Below the pieces are notes generated by a model that worked only from the letters and a program-made list of their open reading frames with translations, was not told the origin of the DNA and did not search any database. A DNA stretch of 64,000 nt from Acidimicrobiales bacterium (GTDB lineage Bacteria; Actinomycetota; Acidimicrobiia; Acidimicrobiales; Aldehydirespiratoraceae), in NCBI GenBank assembly GCA_965200005.1, contig OZ241331.1, positions 2,747,862 to 2,811,861 of the forward strand, read 5' to 3'. Shown piece by piece: positions 1 to 9,338 of the stretch. The translations under genes and the position numbers were made by a program. Position 1 is the stretch's first letter, and every line of letters starts with the position of its first letter.

Positions 1-2
1 AG

Positions 3-2486
3 TCACAACTGCTGATCGCTGCAGGCAAGACGCTGCCCGAGCTTGAGCTGACCCAAGACAGCGTCAGCGTTCGGGGGCTAGCAATTCAATGCCGTGTAAC
101 TGCTGAGGATCCTTCAAACGATTTCCGTCCCGACACGGGCCGCATCGTCGCCTACCGGCCCGCCAGCGGGGCGGGGGTGCGCCTCGACGGTTGCGTGTAT
201 CAGGACGTCGAGATAACGCCGCACTTCGACTCGATGATCGAGAAGGTCACGTGCCGGGGCAAGAATTTCGACACGGCGGTGCGGCGCATGCAACGCACCC
301 TCGCCGAATACCGGGTGCGGGGCGTGTCCACCAACCAGCCGTACCTGCAAGCCATCTTGCGAGACGATCAGTTCCGCTCCGGGCCTGTGACCACGAGCTT
401 CATCGATGACCGCCCTGAGCTGACCTCAGCCTCGGTCGGCGCTGACCGTGCTACTCGCCTGTTGCGCTATCTCGCTGATGTAACGGTGCATCAGCCTCAT
501 GGTGCCGCCCCGACACGTCTCGATCCCTCCACCAAACTCCCACATGAGCCAAGCTCTGAGCCGCAAGCGGGCTCCCGGCAGCAGCTCTTAGAGCTAGGCC
601 CGCAAGGGTTCGCCGCTGCACTCCGAGCTGCGAGTGTCCCCCAGGTCACCGACACGACGTTGCGTGATGCGCATCAATCGATCCTCGCGACCCGCTTGCG
701 CACGATTGATCTGGTTGCTGGTGCCGAGCAGATGGCACAGCAGCTGCCGCAGTTGTTCAGCCTCGAGTGCTGGGGAGGTGCCACCTTTGATGTGGCCCTG
801 CGGTTCTTGCATGAGGATCCCTGGGAGCGGCTCGCTCGTATCCGTGCTGCGGCACCCAACATCTGCACGCAGATGCTGCTGCGAGGTCGCAACACCGTCG
901 GGTACTCGCCCTATCCCGACTCGGTTGCCGAGCACTTCGTTGCCCAGTCGGTCGCCACAGGCATGGACATCTTCAGGGTCTTTGACGCCTTCAACTCGAT
1001 CGATCAGATGCGTCCCGCGATCAAAGCTGTCATCGAAAACAGCGCGGTCGCTGAGGGAACCATCTGCTACTCCGGCAACCTCTCAAGCCCGCACGAAGAT
1101 CTCTACACGCTCGACTACTACCTGCGCATCGCCGAACAGCTGGTGGACTCCGGCGTTCACATCCTCTGCATCAAGGACATGGCTGGGCTGCTGCGACCCG
1201 TCTCGGCACGCATGCTGGTCACCGCGCTGCGTGAACGCTTCGACCAGCCCGTTCATCTACACACCCACGACACCGCTGGTGGCCAGCTCGCCACATATCT
1301 CGCCGCGATCGATGTTGGTGTCGATGCGGTAGACGTTGCCGCTCCCCCGCTTGCGGGCATGACCTCGCAACCATCGCTGGCATCGCTGGTCGCAGCAACC
1401 GACGACACCGTGCACCAGACTGGTCTCGACCTTGATGCCATCGGCGACCTTGAGCCCTACTGGGAGGCCGTGCGGCGTGTCTATGCGCCATTTGAGGCTG
1501 GCCTGGCTTCACCAACCGGAACCGTTTACCGCCATGAGATTCCTGGTGGGCAACTCTCCAATCTGCGCTCACAGGCCCGGGCCCTAGGTCTCGGGCACCG
1601 CTTCGAGGAGGTTGAACGGCTCTATGCGGCATGCAACGAGTTGCTAGGACGCCCCATCAAGGTGACACCGTCATCCAAGGTAGTGGGTGATCTAGCGCTG
1701 CACATGGTCGCCTCGGGGGTCACACCAGAGCAACTACTTGAGGATCCGGCCAGCGTTGACCTGCCCGACAGTGTCATCAACTTCTTGCACGGTGAACTCG
1801 GCGATCCTCCCGGCGGTTTCCCTGAACCGTTCCGGTCGAGAGCCGTCACGGGTCGCACCCGCACAGCCAAGCGCGAGGAACTAACCGAAGCTGATGAGGA
1901 GGGCCTCGCCACAGACCGCGCAGCCACTCTCAACCGGTTGTTGTTGCCCACACCATCAGCAGACTTCGCAGAGAACCGTGAACGTTACGGCGACCTGTCG
2001 GTGCTGCCGTCGTTGCTGTTCTGGTATGGCCTTGATCCTCACGAAGCTGACACTGCCGTGGTGTTGGGCCAGGGTGTGCGTTTGATGCTGGGACTGCGCT
2101 CGGTGAGCGAGCCCAACGACGAGGGGATGCGCATCGTCGGGTTCCGGGTGAACGGCCAGCCGCGAGACATTGACACGCTCGATCGCAATCTGGCACGAGA
2201 TCGACCCGAACACGCCCGAGCCGATCCCAACGAACCCGGACATGTGGCCGCTCCGTTCCGTGGCGCCGTGACTGTCGCCGTCGCTGTGGGTGATCAGGTG
2301 TCGGCGGGTGACACTGTGGCCGTGATTGAGGCCATGAAGATGGAGTCTTCGGTGTCAGCCCCGGTTGCTGGCACGATCGAGAGGGTGTCAGCCGCGCCGG
2401 GAGCGTTGCTAGAGCCTGGCGATCTGATCCTGGCGATCCGTCAATCCGGCCGGGCACCGAGCCCTAGTGGAGTCGGCGACACCTAA
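3..2486 (+). CDS. pyc: pyruvate carboxylase, 5'-truncated by the window edge
   Basis: ORF 177..2486 stays open in frame back to nt 3 (SQLLIAAGKTLPELELTQDSVSVRGLAIQCRVTAEDPSNDFRPDTGRIVAYRPASGAGVRLDG, end of the biotin carboxylase part). Carboxyltransferase segment present (DTTLRDAHQS, HLHTHDTAGG). C-terminal biotinyl motif EAMKME. Confidence 0.93.
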   Translation, partial: SQLLIAAGKTLPELELTQDSVSVRGLAIQCRVTAEDPSNDFRPDTGRIVAYRPASGAGVRLDGCVYQDVEITPHFDSMIEKVTCRGKNFDTAVRRMQRTLAEYRVRGVSTNQPYLQAILRDDQFRSGPVTTSFIDDRPELTSASVGADRATRLLRYLADVTVHQPHGAAPTRLDPSTKLPHEPSSEPQAGSRQQLLELGPQGFAAALRAASVPQVTDTTLRDAHQSILATRLRTIDLVAGAEQMAQQLPQLFSLECWGGATFDVALRFLHEDPWERLARIRAAAPNICTQMLLRGRNTVGYSPYPDSVAEHFVAQSVATGMDIFRVFDAFNSIDQMRPAIKAVIENSAVAEGTICYSGNLSSPHEDLYTLDYYLRIAEQLVDSGVHILCIKDMAGLLRPVSARMLVTALRERFDQPVHLHTHDTAGGQLATYLAAIDVGVDAVDVAAPPLAGMTSQPSLASLVAATDDTVHQTGLDLDAIGDLEPYWEAVRRVYAPFEAGLASPTGTVYRHEIPGGQLSNLRSQARALGLGHRFEEVERLYAACNELLGRPIKVTPSSKVVGDLALHMVASGVTPEQLLEDPASVDLPDSVINFLHGELGDPPGGFPEPFRSRAVTGRTRTAKREELTEADEEGLATDRAATLNRLLLPTPSADFAENRERYGDLSVLPSLLFWYGLDPHEADTAVVLGQGVRLMLGLRSVSEPNDEGMRIVGFRVNGQPRDIDTLDRNLARDRPEHARADPNEPGHVAAPFRGAVTVAVAVGDQVSAGDTVAVIEAMKMESSVSAPVAGTIERVSAAPGALLEPGDLILAIRQSGRAPSPSGVGDT

Positions 2487-2503
2487 CGCCGACATAAAGC
2501 GAC

Positions 2504-3220
2504 CTAACGTGGAGGTCTAGAGCTTGCCCGCCCCCTGCGCGACGCTCGCGGCCAGCGAGAACGGCCCGTACGCGACGAGATTCGTGTGACAGTGGTGGTG
2601 GCCGCGGGGTTGACAACGGGTTGTTGTGGTGTCCCAATCCAGGTGCTGACCAGCTCCTGAGCACACACCAGCCATTCCTCAACCGTCATTGCGAAGCGAT
2701 AGTGATCTTCCCACACACCGTTGATCTGCACGTAACGCTGAGCTAACCCTTCGAGGCGCAAGCCCAGCTTCTCAACCACCCGCAAGCTAGAGGTGTTGCG
2801 CGGCACGATCGACACCTGCAAGCGGTGCAACCGCAACTGTTCGAACCCGAAGCGAGCAACTACAACGAGCGCTTCAGGCGTGTATCCCTGACCAGCAACG
2901 ATCTCGTCGATCCAGTAGCCGACATAGCACGACTGGAACGGCCCACGCTGGATCGATGACAGGTTCATCTCACCCCGGAAATGACCGTCGATAAACACGC
3001 CGAACCCGTAACCGCTGCCGCTCTGGCGTTCCCGGCGGCGAGCCGCGCAACGTGCCGCGAAAGCACCAGGATCCTCAACCACATCCGGCACACCCGGAGC
3101 GGTTCGTGGTTCCCATACGGCAAGGCGTTGACGGTTGCGGCGCCGCACCTCCCGCCAAGCCCCGAAGTCATCACGAGTGAGAGGCCTCAACAACACCCGC
3201 CGACCAACGAGCGTGGTCAC
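2504..3220 (-). CDS. GNAT family N-acetyltransferase (RimJ/RimL-like)
   Basis: LRPLTRDDFGAWREVRRRN...WEP and QGYTPEALVVVARFGFEQLRLHRLQVSIVPRNTSSLRVVEKLG are typical of RimJ-type GNATs. GTG start with GAGGAGGA about 10 nt upstream. A basic C-terminal tail of about 45 aa is unexplained. Confidence 0.8.
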   Translation of the reverse strand: MTTLVGRRVLLRPLTRDDFGAWREVRRRNRQRLAVWEPRTAPGVPDVVEDPGAFAARCAARRRERQSGSGYGFGVFIDGHFRGEMNLSSIQRGPFQSCYVGYWIDEIVAGQGYTPEALVVVARFGFEQLRLHRLQVSIVPRNTSSLRVVEKLGLRLEGLAQRYVQINGVWEDHYRFAMTVEEWLVCAQELVSTWIGTPQQPVVNPAATTTVTRISSRTGRSRWPRASRRGRASSRPPR

Positions 3221-3237
3221 CTTGGAGGGATCCTCCT

Positions 3238-3300
3238 CATAGCCCCCATAACCCTGATAGCCCTCATAACCCTGATAGCCCTCATAGCCGTCATAGCAAT
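3238..3300. repeat. 7 tandem copies of a degenerate 9-bp unit (cat/gat-a-rcc-cyt type) filling the ppx-GNAT junction
   Basis: Read directly: catagcccc cataaccct gatagccct cataaccct gatagccct catagccgt catagcaat. The ppx stop codon lies inside the last units. Confidence 0.9.
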
Positions 3301-4199
3301 GAAAGTGCTAGCCCATCGAGAATGTCTGACTCCGACACGAGGCATTCTTGTAGATCGAAGTAGCGCATGGTCGCCACCAAGATGGAAGTCCCGGCAACGA
3401 TCACATCGGCACGTCCCGGATCAAGCCCGGGGTTCTCTCGCCGATCAACCAGCGCTTCGGTGGCCAGCGTGCGAAACACATCCTCGACTGCGTCTTTAGT
3501 TAGACGGAAGTTGTGGATGCGCTCAGGGTCATAGGTCATCAGACCGATCTCTACGGCAGCGATCGTTGTGATGGTTCCGGCTACGCCAATCAGTTTGCAA
3601 TCCGAAGACAATTCAGCAATGTCACGCACGGCATCGTCAAGGTGCAGTTTCACTACCGACAGGCATGCTGAGAGTTCTTCGGGCAGTGGCGGATCGCTGT
3701 GCACGTACTTTTCGGTGAGGCGCACGCTGCCGATGTCAAGGGAGGTAGCGGCTTCGCAGCGGTCGGTGCCGAAAGCGAACTCGGTTGATCCGCCACCGAT
3801 ATCCATCACCAGGAACGGCCCATCGCTGGGGTCGACGCCCGCTGTTGCACCCGCAAACGACGCTTGAGCCTCGGCCTCGCCTGAGAGAACCTCAAAGGAA
3901 GCACCGAGGATTTCCTGGGCTGGGTCAAGGAAGACTTCACGGTTAGTCGCATCGCGCACGGCTGAGGTTGCAACGGCTCGCACGGCGCTGATGTCGTAGC
4001 GATCCATGATCTGGCGATAGCGGCGAAGACATGTCAACGTGCGTTCGACGGCAGCCGCGTCAAGTGATCGGTTTGCGTCGACGCCACGACCGAGCCGGGT
4101 GATGGTGGCGTGACGTTCTAGCCCAAGGCCCTCCCCAGTCGTGACGAGCAGGCGGGTTGTATTGGTGCCGCAGTCAATGGCCGCAACGGTGCGATTCAC
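3291..4199 (-). CDS. ppx: Ppx/GppA family phosphatase (exopolyphosphatase-like)
   Basis: Actin-like ATPase motifs AAIDCGTNTTRLLV and DIGGGSTEF. 4-nt overlap with the upstream DUF501 gene. Conserved position after DUF501. Confidence 0.9.
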   Translation of the reverse strand: MNRTVAAIDCGTNTTRLLVTTGEGLGLERHATITRLGRGVDANRSLDAAAVERTLTCLRRYRQIMDRYDISAVRAVATSAVRDATNREVFLDPAQEILGASFEVLSGEAEAQASFAGATAGVDPSDGPFLVMDIGGGSTEFAFGTDRCEAATSLDIGSVRLTEKYVHSDPPLPEELSACLSVVKLHLDDAVRDIAELSSDCKLIGVAGTITTIAAVEIGLMTYDPERIHNFRLTKDAVEDVFRTLATEALVDRRENPGLDPGRADVIVAGTSILVATMRYFDLQECLVSESDILDGLALSLL

Positions 4200-4639
4200 G
4201 ACTCGAGATGCTGTTGCACCCAGCGACCAACAGGATCATCGCCACCCGCGAGATGCCAGGCGTAGTGGGCGTGCAGGCACTTGACTCCGCGCCTGGTGCC
4301 GCCGACGCCCGCTGAGGGGCGCGGGCCCAGATGATCAGCAGGGATCGCAGCGTTACGTTCAACCGCATACCGCTGATGCGCCTCAGCCAACTCGCCAGCG
4401 TCAACTGCAGCTTCGGCGGCTCGCACCCCGCCTTGTGATTCCAGGCGTCCCACGAGCCGGCGAAGTTGCGCATCAACAAGCCAGTACCGGGTCGGCATCG
4501 GTGTGCCGTCGTCAAGAAGCGGCTCGTTTTGGATCACGACTGGAGCACCCGAGGCGTCACGCACAACAACTTCGAAGTCACACGCCGGCTCGCGGCCCAA
4601 CAACCTGGCGACCTCACGCACATCTTGGGGGTCAGCCAA
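4196..4639 (-). CDS. DUF501 domain protein
   Basis: GVGGTRRGVKCLHAHYAWHLAGGDDPVG-type C-terminal motif. Sits directly upstream of ppx, as in other Actinomycetota. Confidence 0.8.
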   Translation of the reverse strand: MADPQDVREVARLLGREPACDFEVVVRDASGAPVVIQNEPLLDDGTPMPTRYWLVDAQLRRLVGRLESQGGVRAAEAAVDAGELAEAHQRYAVERNAAIPADHLGPRPSAGVGGTRRGVKCLHAHYAWHLAGGDDPVGRWVQQHLES

Positions 4640-4659
4640 CGCTAGGCACTACACCTATA

Positions 4660-5397
4660 TCAGGCGGCTGCAACAATCACGATGATCACGATGATGACGC
4701 CAACAACAAGCACCGGCACGACACGCTTCATCACCGAACCACCCGCCACGGCCAGCAGATCAACAGCATCATCATCGCCGCTAGCAGGAGCAGACGCTGC
4801 GGACGCAGGTGCCGCTGGAGCACTCTGTGAGGCGCTCGAGGAGCCCTGAGCCTGGGCTGCGTTGCTGGAACTATCAGCGGAACTAGCCGATGGCGGAGGT
4901 GCTTCGCTTTGAACGTCAGCAGGCGGCTCGTCGCTTGAAGTGTCGGTCTGTTGCTCGTCGATCAGGGTTGCAAGGTTTTTGGCGAACTGGCCCATCAGCT
5001 TGCGGCTCACATCGCCCATCACGCCCCGGCCGAACTGGGCGACTTTGCCGGTGATCGTGAGCTTCGTGCTGACGTTTACCCTGGTTGAGGCTTCGCCTAG
5101 CGAATCGAGTTGCACTGTGATCTTGGCAGAAGCGTTGCCAGCCCCACGGGTGTCACGCCCGCTGGCTGACAGCACAAGACGGTGAGCATCCTCGTCGAGC
5201 TCTGAAAACTTTGCCTTGCCCTTGTATTGGGAGGTGACCGGGCCGACCTTGACCTTCACGACACCAAGGAACTGCTCACCATCAGTACCGGTGAGACACG
5301 CACCTGGCAGACAGGGAGCGATCTTTTCGACATCGGTCAACACCGACCAGACCGTGTCAATCGCATGGGAAACCTCAAAGGAATCGTTCAAGTCCAT
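4660..5397 (-). CDS. coxG: CoxG/SRPBCC family protein with S/A/P-rich linker and C-terminal hydrophobic tail anchor
   Basis: The N-terminal ~150 aa fit CoxG (FEVSHAIDTVWSVLTDVEKIAPCLPGA, GKVAQFGRGVM). A low-complexity acidic/Ser-Ala linker follows, then VVPVLVVGVIIVIIVIVAAA at the C-terminus. Confidence 0.8.
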   Translation of the reverse strand: MDLNDSFEVSHAIDTVWSVLTDVEKIAPCLPGACLTGTDGEQFLGVVKVKVGPVTSQYKGKAKFSELDEDAHRLVLSASGRDTRGAGNASAKITVQLDSLGEASTRVNVSTKLTITGKVAQFGRGVMGDVSRKLMGQFAKNLATLIDEQQTDTSSDEPPADVQSEAPPPSASSADSSSNAAQAQGSSSASQSAPAAPASAASAPASGDDDAVDLLAVAGGSVMKRVVPVLVVGVIIVIIVIVAAA

Positions 5398-5987
5398 CGT
5401 TGCAAATCCTCCAAGGTGTCGACATCATCTGGATCGCCTTCGCAGGGTACCGGACGAACCAACTCCGGTCTCCGTCTCATCAGCGAACGTCCACCCTCGT
5501 CACCAGCTAGCGGCAGGTGACTCCACAAAGCAGCACCGATCTTGACCGGTGGCATGCGCCGACCACCGAAGTCAGCGACCACTAGATCGCCATCGGTCGC
5601 GGCGACAGCCGCCCAGGCCGAAGCAGGCACACCTGGTTGATCGCCGAGCCCAAACACCACGGCACGGTGACCTTGCGATCCTGCATATCCGATAGCAGCT
5701 GCTAGCGACGTCGCCTGCCCCTGCTGCCACGCCTCATTTTGCAGCACGGTCACATCTGTGGGCAGGACTTCAAGCAGATCAGCAGCACCCATCACAACGA
5801 TCGTTTCATCGAGGTCCGCTTCGACAGCAGCATCAACTGCGTGGCGCACCATCGCCACTCCGTCGATCTCGCTCAACAACTTGTGTTTGCTGCCTAGAAA
5901 CCTCGTGCCTGCACCTGCGGCGAGCACCGCAGCTGCCACTCCGACCCGGCGTTCGCCCGCGGCATCGTGCTCCCAGTCTGTTCTCAT
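5388..5987 (-). CDS. MobA/MocA-like nucleotidyltransferase (molybdenum cofactor cytidylyl/guanylyl transferase family)
   Basis: AAVLAAGAGTRF...K nucleotide-binding N-terminus and a GLGDQPGV motif. Embedded between xdhC and coxG. Confidence 0.75.
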   Translation of the reverse strand: MRTDWEHDAAGERRVGVAAAVLAAGAGTRFLGSKHKLLSEIDGVAMVRHAVDAAVEADLDETIVVMGAADLLEVLPTDVTVLQNEAWQQGQATSLAAAIGYAGSQGHRAVVFGLGDQPGVPASAWAAVAATDGDLVVADFGGRRMPPVKIGAALWSHLPLAGDEGGRSLMRRRPELVRPVPCEGDPDDVDTLEDLQRWT

Positions 5988-5996
5988 CGCGGGGGG

Positions 5997-7094
5997 TTAG
6001 TCGTGGATCGGGCCGGAGGTTTGCGATAGAGCCAGCGCACCCCGACCCGTGCGCATGGCGATGATTTCAGAGGTAATAGAGATTGCTGTTTCTTCTGGGG
6101 TTGTTGCGCCGATGTCTAGGCCGATGGGTGAACGCAACCGTGCTAGTTCAGTGTCGCTCACACCTGCTGCCACCAGACGTTTTGTGCGATCGTCGTGGGT
6201 GCGGCGACTTCCCATCACACCGATGTAGCCAACATCGGTACGCAACGCCGAGATGATTGCGGGAACATCGAACTTGGCGTCATGAGTTAATACACACACC
6301 GCGTCGCGGGGGCCCAGATCAGCGCCAACGGTGTCTAGGAGTTTGTCTGGCCACGACACCGTCACCTCATCTGCTGCCGGAAACCGACGCCTGGTGGCAA
6401 AGACCGCACGTGCGTCACAAACGGTTACGTGATAACCGAGCACTTTGGCGACCCGTGTGAGAGCTGCGGTGAAGTCCACCGCGCCAAATATCAGCATCCG
6501 GGGTGCCGGGGCGAACGACTCCACAAAAACCGAGACCTCTTGCCCGCGAATCTCACCATCCTGGGAGTATCGGCGGATCCCCGAACGTCCCGCCATCAAC
6601 TCACCACGAGCGTCCCGCTTAACCGAGCGATCCAACCCAGGCGTGCCCAAAGAACCGATGCCGCTTCGACCGCCAGGACGCACCAGCATCTTGGCTCCAG
6701 TGCCCGGGCCCGAAACCACAGTCGCAAGCGCAGCCGGTGAGTCAGCAGCGAGATCCTCCGCCAGAGCATCATGCACTGGGTTCCAATCCAGCGGCTCGAT
6801 GAACAAGTGGATCGTGCCACCACAAGTCAACCCGACCGCAAACGCTTCGTCGTCGCTGTAGCCAAACGTGACGATCCGCCGGTCACCGCTGGCGATCACA
6901 TCTAGGAGCTCGGTTACAACGGCACCCTCAACACATCCACCTGAGACTGAGCCGATGACCTCAGACTCCGCGGTGACAGCCATGGCAGCTCCCGGAGCGC
7001 GTGGCCCCGATCCCTCAAGATCGACGACACGTGCAATCCCGATCTGCTCGCCACCACGCTGCCAACGATCAAGGTCGCTGAGGATCTCTTTCAC
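5997..7094 (-). CDS. xdhC: XdhC/CoxI family molybdoenzyme maturation protein
   Basis: XdhC N-domain plus a Rossmann-like domain (MLIFGAVDFTAALTRVAKVLGYHVTVCDAR). 4-nt overlap with the upstream VWA gene. Confidence 0.85.
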   Translation of the reverse strand: MKEILSDLDRWQRGGEQIGIARVVDLEGSGPRAPGAAMAVTAESEVIGSVSGGCVEGAVVTELLDVIASGDRRIVTFGYSDDEAFAVGLTCGGTIHLFIEPLDWNPVHDALAEDLAADSPAALATVVSGPGTGAKMLVRPGGRSGIGSLGTPGLDRSVKRDARGELMAGRSGIRRYSQDGEIRGQEVSVFVESFAPAPRMLIFGAVDFTAALTRVAKVLGYHVTVCDARAVFATRRRFPAADEVTVSWPDKLLDTVGADLGPRDAVCVLTHDAKFDVPAIISALRTDVGYIGVMGSRRTHDDRTKRLVAAGVSDTELARLRSPIGLDIGATTPEETAISITSEIIAMRTGRGALALSQTSGPIHD

Positions 7095-8290
7095 GCAGCG
7101 TCTTCTATCAACACCGAAGCCCGCTCAGGCTGCGACCGCGAGCGTCGTGCGGGCGAGTCGGCACTCAGCACCAACTCGGCCAGCCGCTCGATCGACTCGA
7201 GGTTGTGTCCTTCCACGAAACTGTCAACGTATGGCAGAGCCGCCGCCATTCCCCTAGCTAGTGGTGCGTATCCCGGTGAGGCCTTGAGCGGGTTGACCCA
7301 CACAACCCGGTGAGCCACCCGTGCTAGACGCTGCATCTGCTCAGACATAACCGCCGGATCACCACGATCCCAACCATCTGAGAGGATCACCACCAGAGCG
7401 CCACGAGCCATACCTCGACAACCCCAGTCGTCGTTGAAGCGACCAATGCCGGCACCCAAACGGGTGCCCCCACTCCAGTCCAGCACAGCCGAAGCGGCGG
7501 CACGCATAGCCCGGTCGGGATCACGAGACGAGAGCTCACGGGTTAGGCGAGTCAGGCGAGTCCCGAGCGCAAACGCCTCTACCTTGCTGCGTCCCGCCAC
7601 TGCCGCATACAGCAGCCGCAGCAGCGCCCGGGCATAACGTTCCATCGAACCGGACACATCCAGCAGCATCACCAGTCGTCTGGGCCCCCAGGAGTTGACC
7701 CGGCGATGCATACGCACCGACTCACCCCCCGCACGCATCGCAGCACGTACTGTTCGCCGCACATCGGGGCGGCCCCGACACGAACGGCTGGGTCGCTGAC
7801 GCCGGCTCGGCCGGGTGGGGCTCTGCCAGCGGATGCGTTGCATCAGGCGGCGAGCCTCAGCAAGTTCGTCGTCGCTGTAGTCGGCAAAGTCCTTCTGGGC
7901 GAGCGTTTCGGTGGCGCTGTAGCGCACCGTTATGGCATCACCGGCGAGGTCTTCCTCCTCGGCGTTATCAGGGTCGTCAACATCATCAGCATCGGTCTGC
8001 AACAACACGGGAACGCTCACAGCCGCGACTGGGCCTTCGGTGCCATAGGGCTCACCGCACCAATACGTAGCGAAGATTGCGTCGTATAGGCCGATGTCTT
8101 CTGCGTCGTGGACTAGCGAAGCACGGCCCGCCCAGTACAGCGAGGAGCGGCTTGTGACATCGCACACTCCCAGAGCTTCGACATACAGCAACGAAGAGGT
8201 GAGCGAAACTTCAAGACCCCCACGTCGCAGTGCGGATACAAACCCGACAGCAGCATCAACCGGGTCGGGGCTGCTCATGCCCTCACTCAT
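7091..8290 (-). CDS. VWA domain protein, CoxE-like
   Basis: C-terminal VWA domain with MIDAS motif LLDVSGSMERY. Directly follows a MoxR ATPase, the classic MoxR-VWA pair seen as CoxD-CoxE. Confidence 0.8.
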   Translation of the reverse strand: MSEGMSSPDPVDAAVGFVSALRRGGLEVSLTSSLLYVEALGVCDVTSRSSLYWAGRASLVHDAEDIGLYDAIFATYWCGEPYGTEGPVAAVSVPVLLQTDADDVDDPDNAEEEDLAGDAITVRYSATETLAQKDFADYSDDELAEARRLMQRIRWQSPTRPSRRQRPSRSCRGRPDVRRTVRAAMRAGGESVRMHRRVNSWGPRRLVMLLDVSGSMERYARALLRLLYAAVAGRSKVEAFALGTRLTRLTRELSSRDPDRAMRAAASAVLDWSGGTRLGAGIGRFNDDWGCRGMARGALVVILSDGWDRGDPAVMSEQMQRLARVAHRVVWVNPLKASPGYAPLARGMAAALPYVDSFVEGHNLESIERLAELVLSADSPARRSRSQPERASVLIEDAA

Positions 8291-8293
8291 GCC

Positions 8294-9235
8294 TCATGGG
8301 TGTGACGCGGCGACGGCATCAGCAACGACCGCTCCAATGCCGTGCTCGTTCACCCGGTCACGATCCTCGCGATACTTGAGCAGGGCTCCGATAGCGGCCG
8401 AAGCGTTGGTGGCATCAAGCGTTGCACCACCAAGCAGGTTCAAAGCCCGTGCCCAGTCGATGGTTTCGGCAACTCCCGGAGGCTTGTATAAGCCCATCTT
8501 GCGGACGGTGGCTGCGGCATGTGCCACCTGGGTAGCTAACGAAAGCGCCACCTCGGGTGCTCGCAGCCTGATGATCTGTGCTTCACGTTTCGCACCGGGA
8601 TGGGTCACCCAGTGATACAGGCAACGACGCTTCAGGGCGTCATGGAGGTCACGGGTGCGGTTTGAGGTAATGACAACGACTGGCGGTTCAACCGCGGCGA
8701 AAGTGCCAAGCTCGGGAACGGTGATCGAGTAGTCCGAGAGCACCTCAAGCAGGAACGCTTCAAACTCGTCATCTGCACGATCCACCTCATCTACAAGCAG
8801 CACCGGAACGGGCCCCTCGGTTGCTTCGATGGCTTCAAGCAGCGGTCGCCGGATCAGGAACCGTTCGCCATACAGCTCGGCACCGATGCGCTTCTCATCT
8901 TCTTGGTGGGCCCGCCCAGTGGCCTCAATCGTGCGCAAATGCAACAGTTGGCGCGCATAGTCCCATTCGTAAACGGCTTGAGCAGCGTCGATGCCCTCAT
9001 AGCACTGCAGCCGGATGAGACGCCCACCACTCCAGTCGGCAAGCACCCGTGCGACTTCGGTCTTGCCGACTCCAGGTTCGCCTTCAAGCAACAGGGGGCG
9101 ACGCAAGCGAAGCGACAGATACACCGCTGTCGCTAGGGCTTCATCGGGCAGGTAGGAGTGGCCTCGCAGCCCCTCAATTACATCAGTGACGCTGGCAACG
9201 CCACGCAAGTCGCTGCTAGGCACCCGACCGAGCAT
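8294..9235 (-). CDS. MoxR family AAA+ ATPase, CoxD-like
   Basis: Walker A GEPGVGKT and Walker B LLVDEVDRA. MoxR-like length and C-terminal lid. Confidence 0.88.
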   Translation of the reverse strand: MLGRVPSSDLRGVASVTDVIEGLRGHSYLPDEALATAVYLSLRLRRPLLLEGEPGVGKTEVARVLADWSGGRLIRLQCYEGIDAAQAVYEWDYARQLLHLRTIEATGRAHQEDEKRIGAELYGERFLIRRPLLEAIEATEGPVPVLLVDEVDRADDEFEAFLLEVLSDYSITVPELGTFAAVEPPVVVITSNRTRDLHDALKRRCLYHWVTHPGAKREAQIIRLRAPEVALSLATQVAHAAATVRKMGLYKPPGVAETIDWARALNLLGGATLDATNASAAIGALLKYREDRDRVNEHGIGAVVADAVAASHP

Positions 9236-9338
9236 AGGCCCCTAGTTGCAAACCGAAATCAGGCACTGCAACTTGTCAGCCAAGCAGGGCATCAACCCCT
9301 CTAAGTGAATGGTCTGAGGTGAGCAGATCGAAAGAGCG

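Noticed and set aside
2981-3499. 172-aa plus-strand ORF containing LLIAPITLIALITLIALIAVIAM
   Set aside because: The hydrophobic repeat is just the plus-strand reading of the 9-bp tandem repeat. The rest is antisense to the well-supported GNAT and ppx genes.
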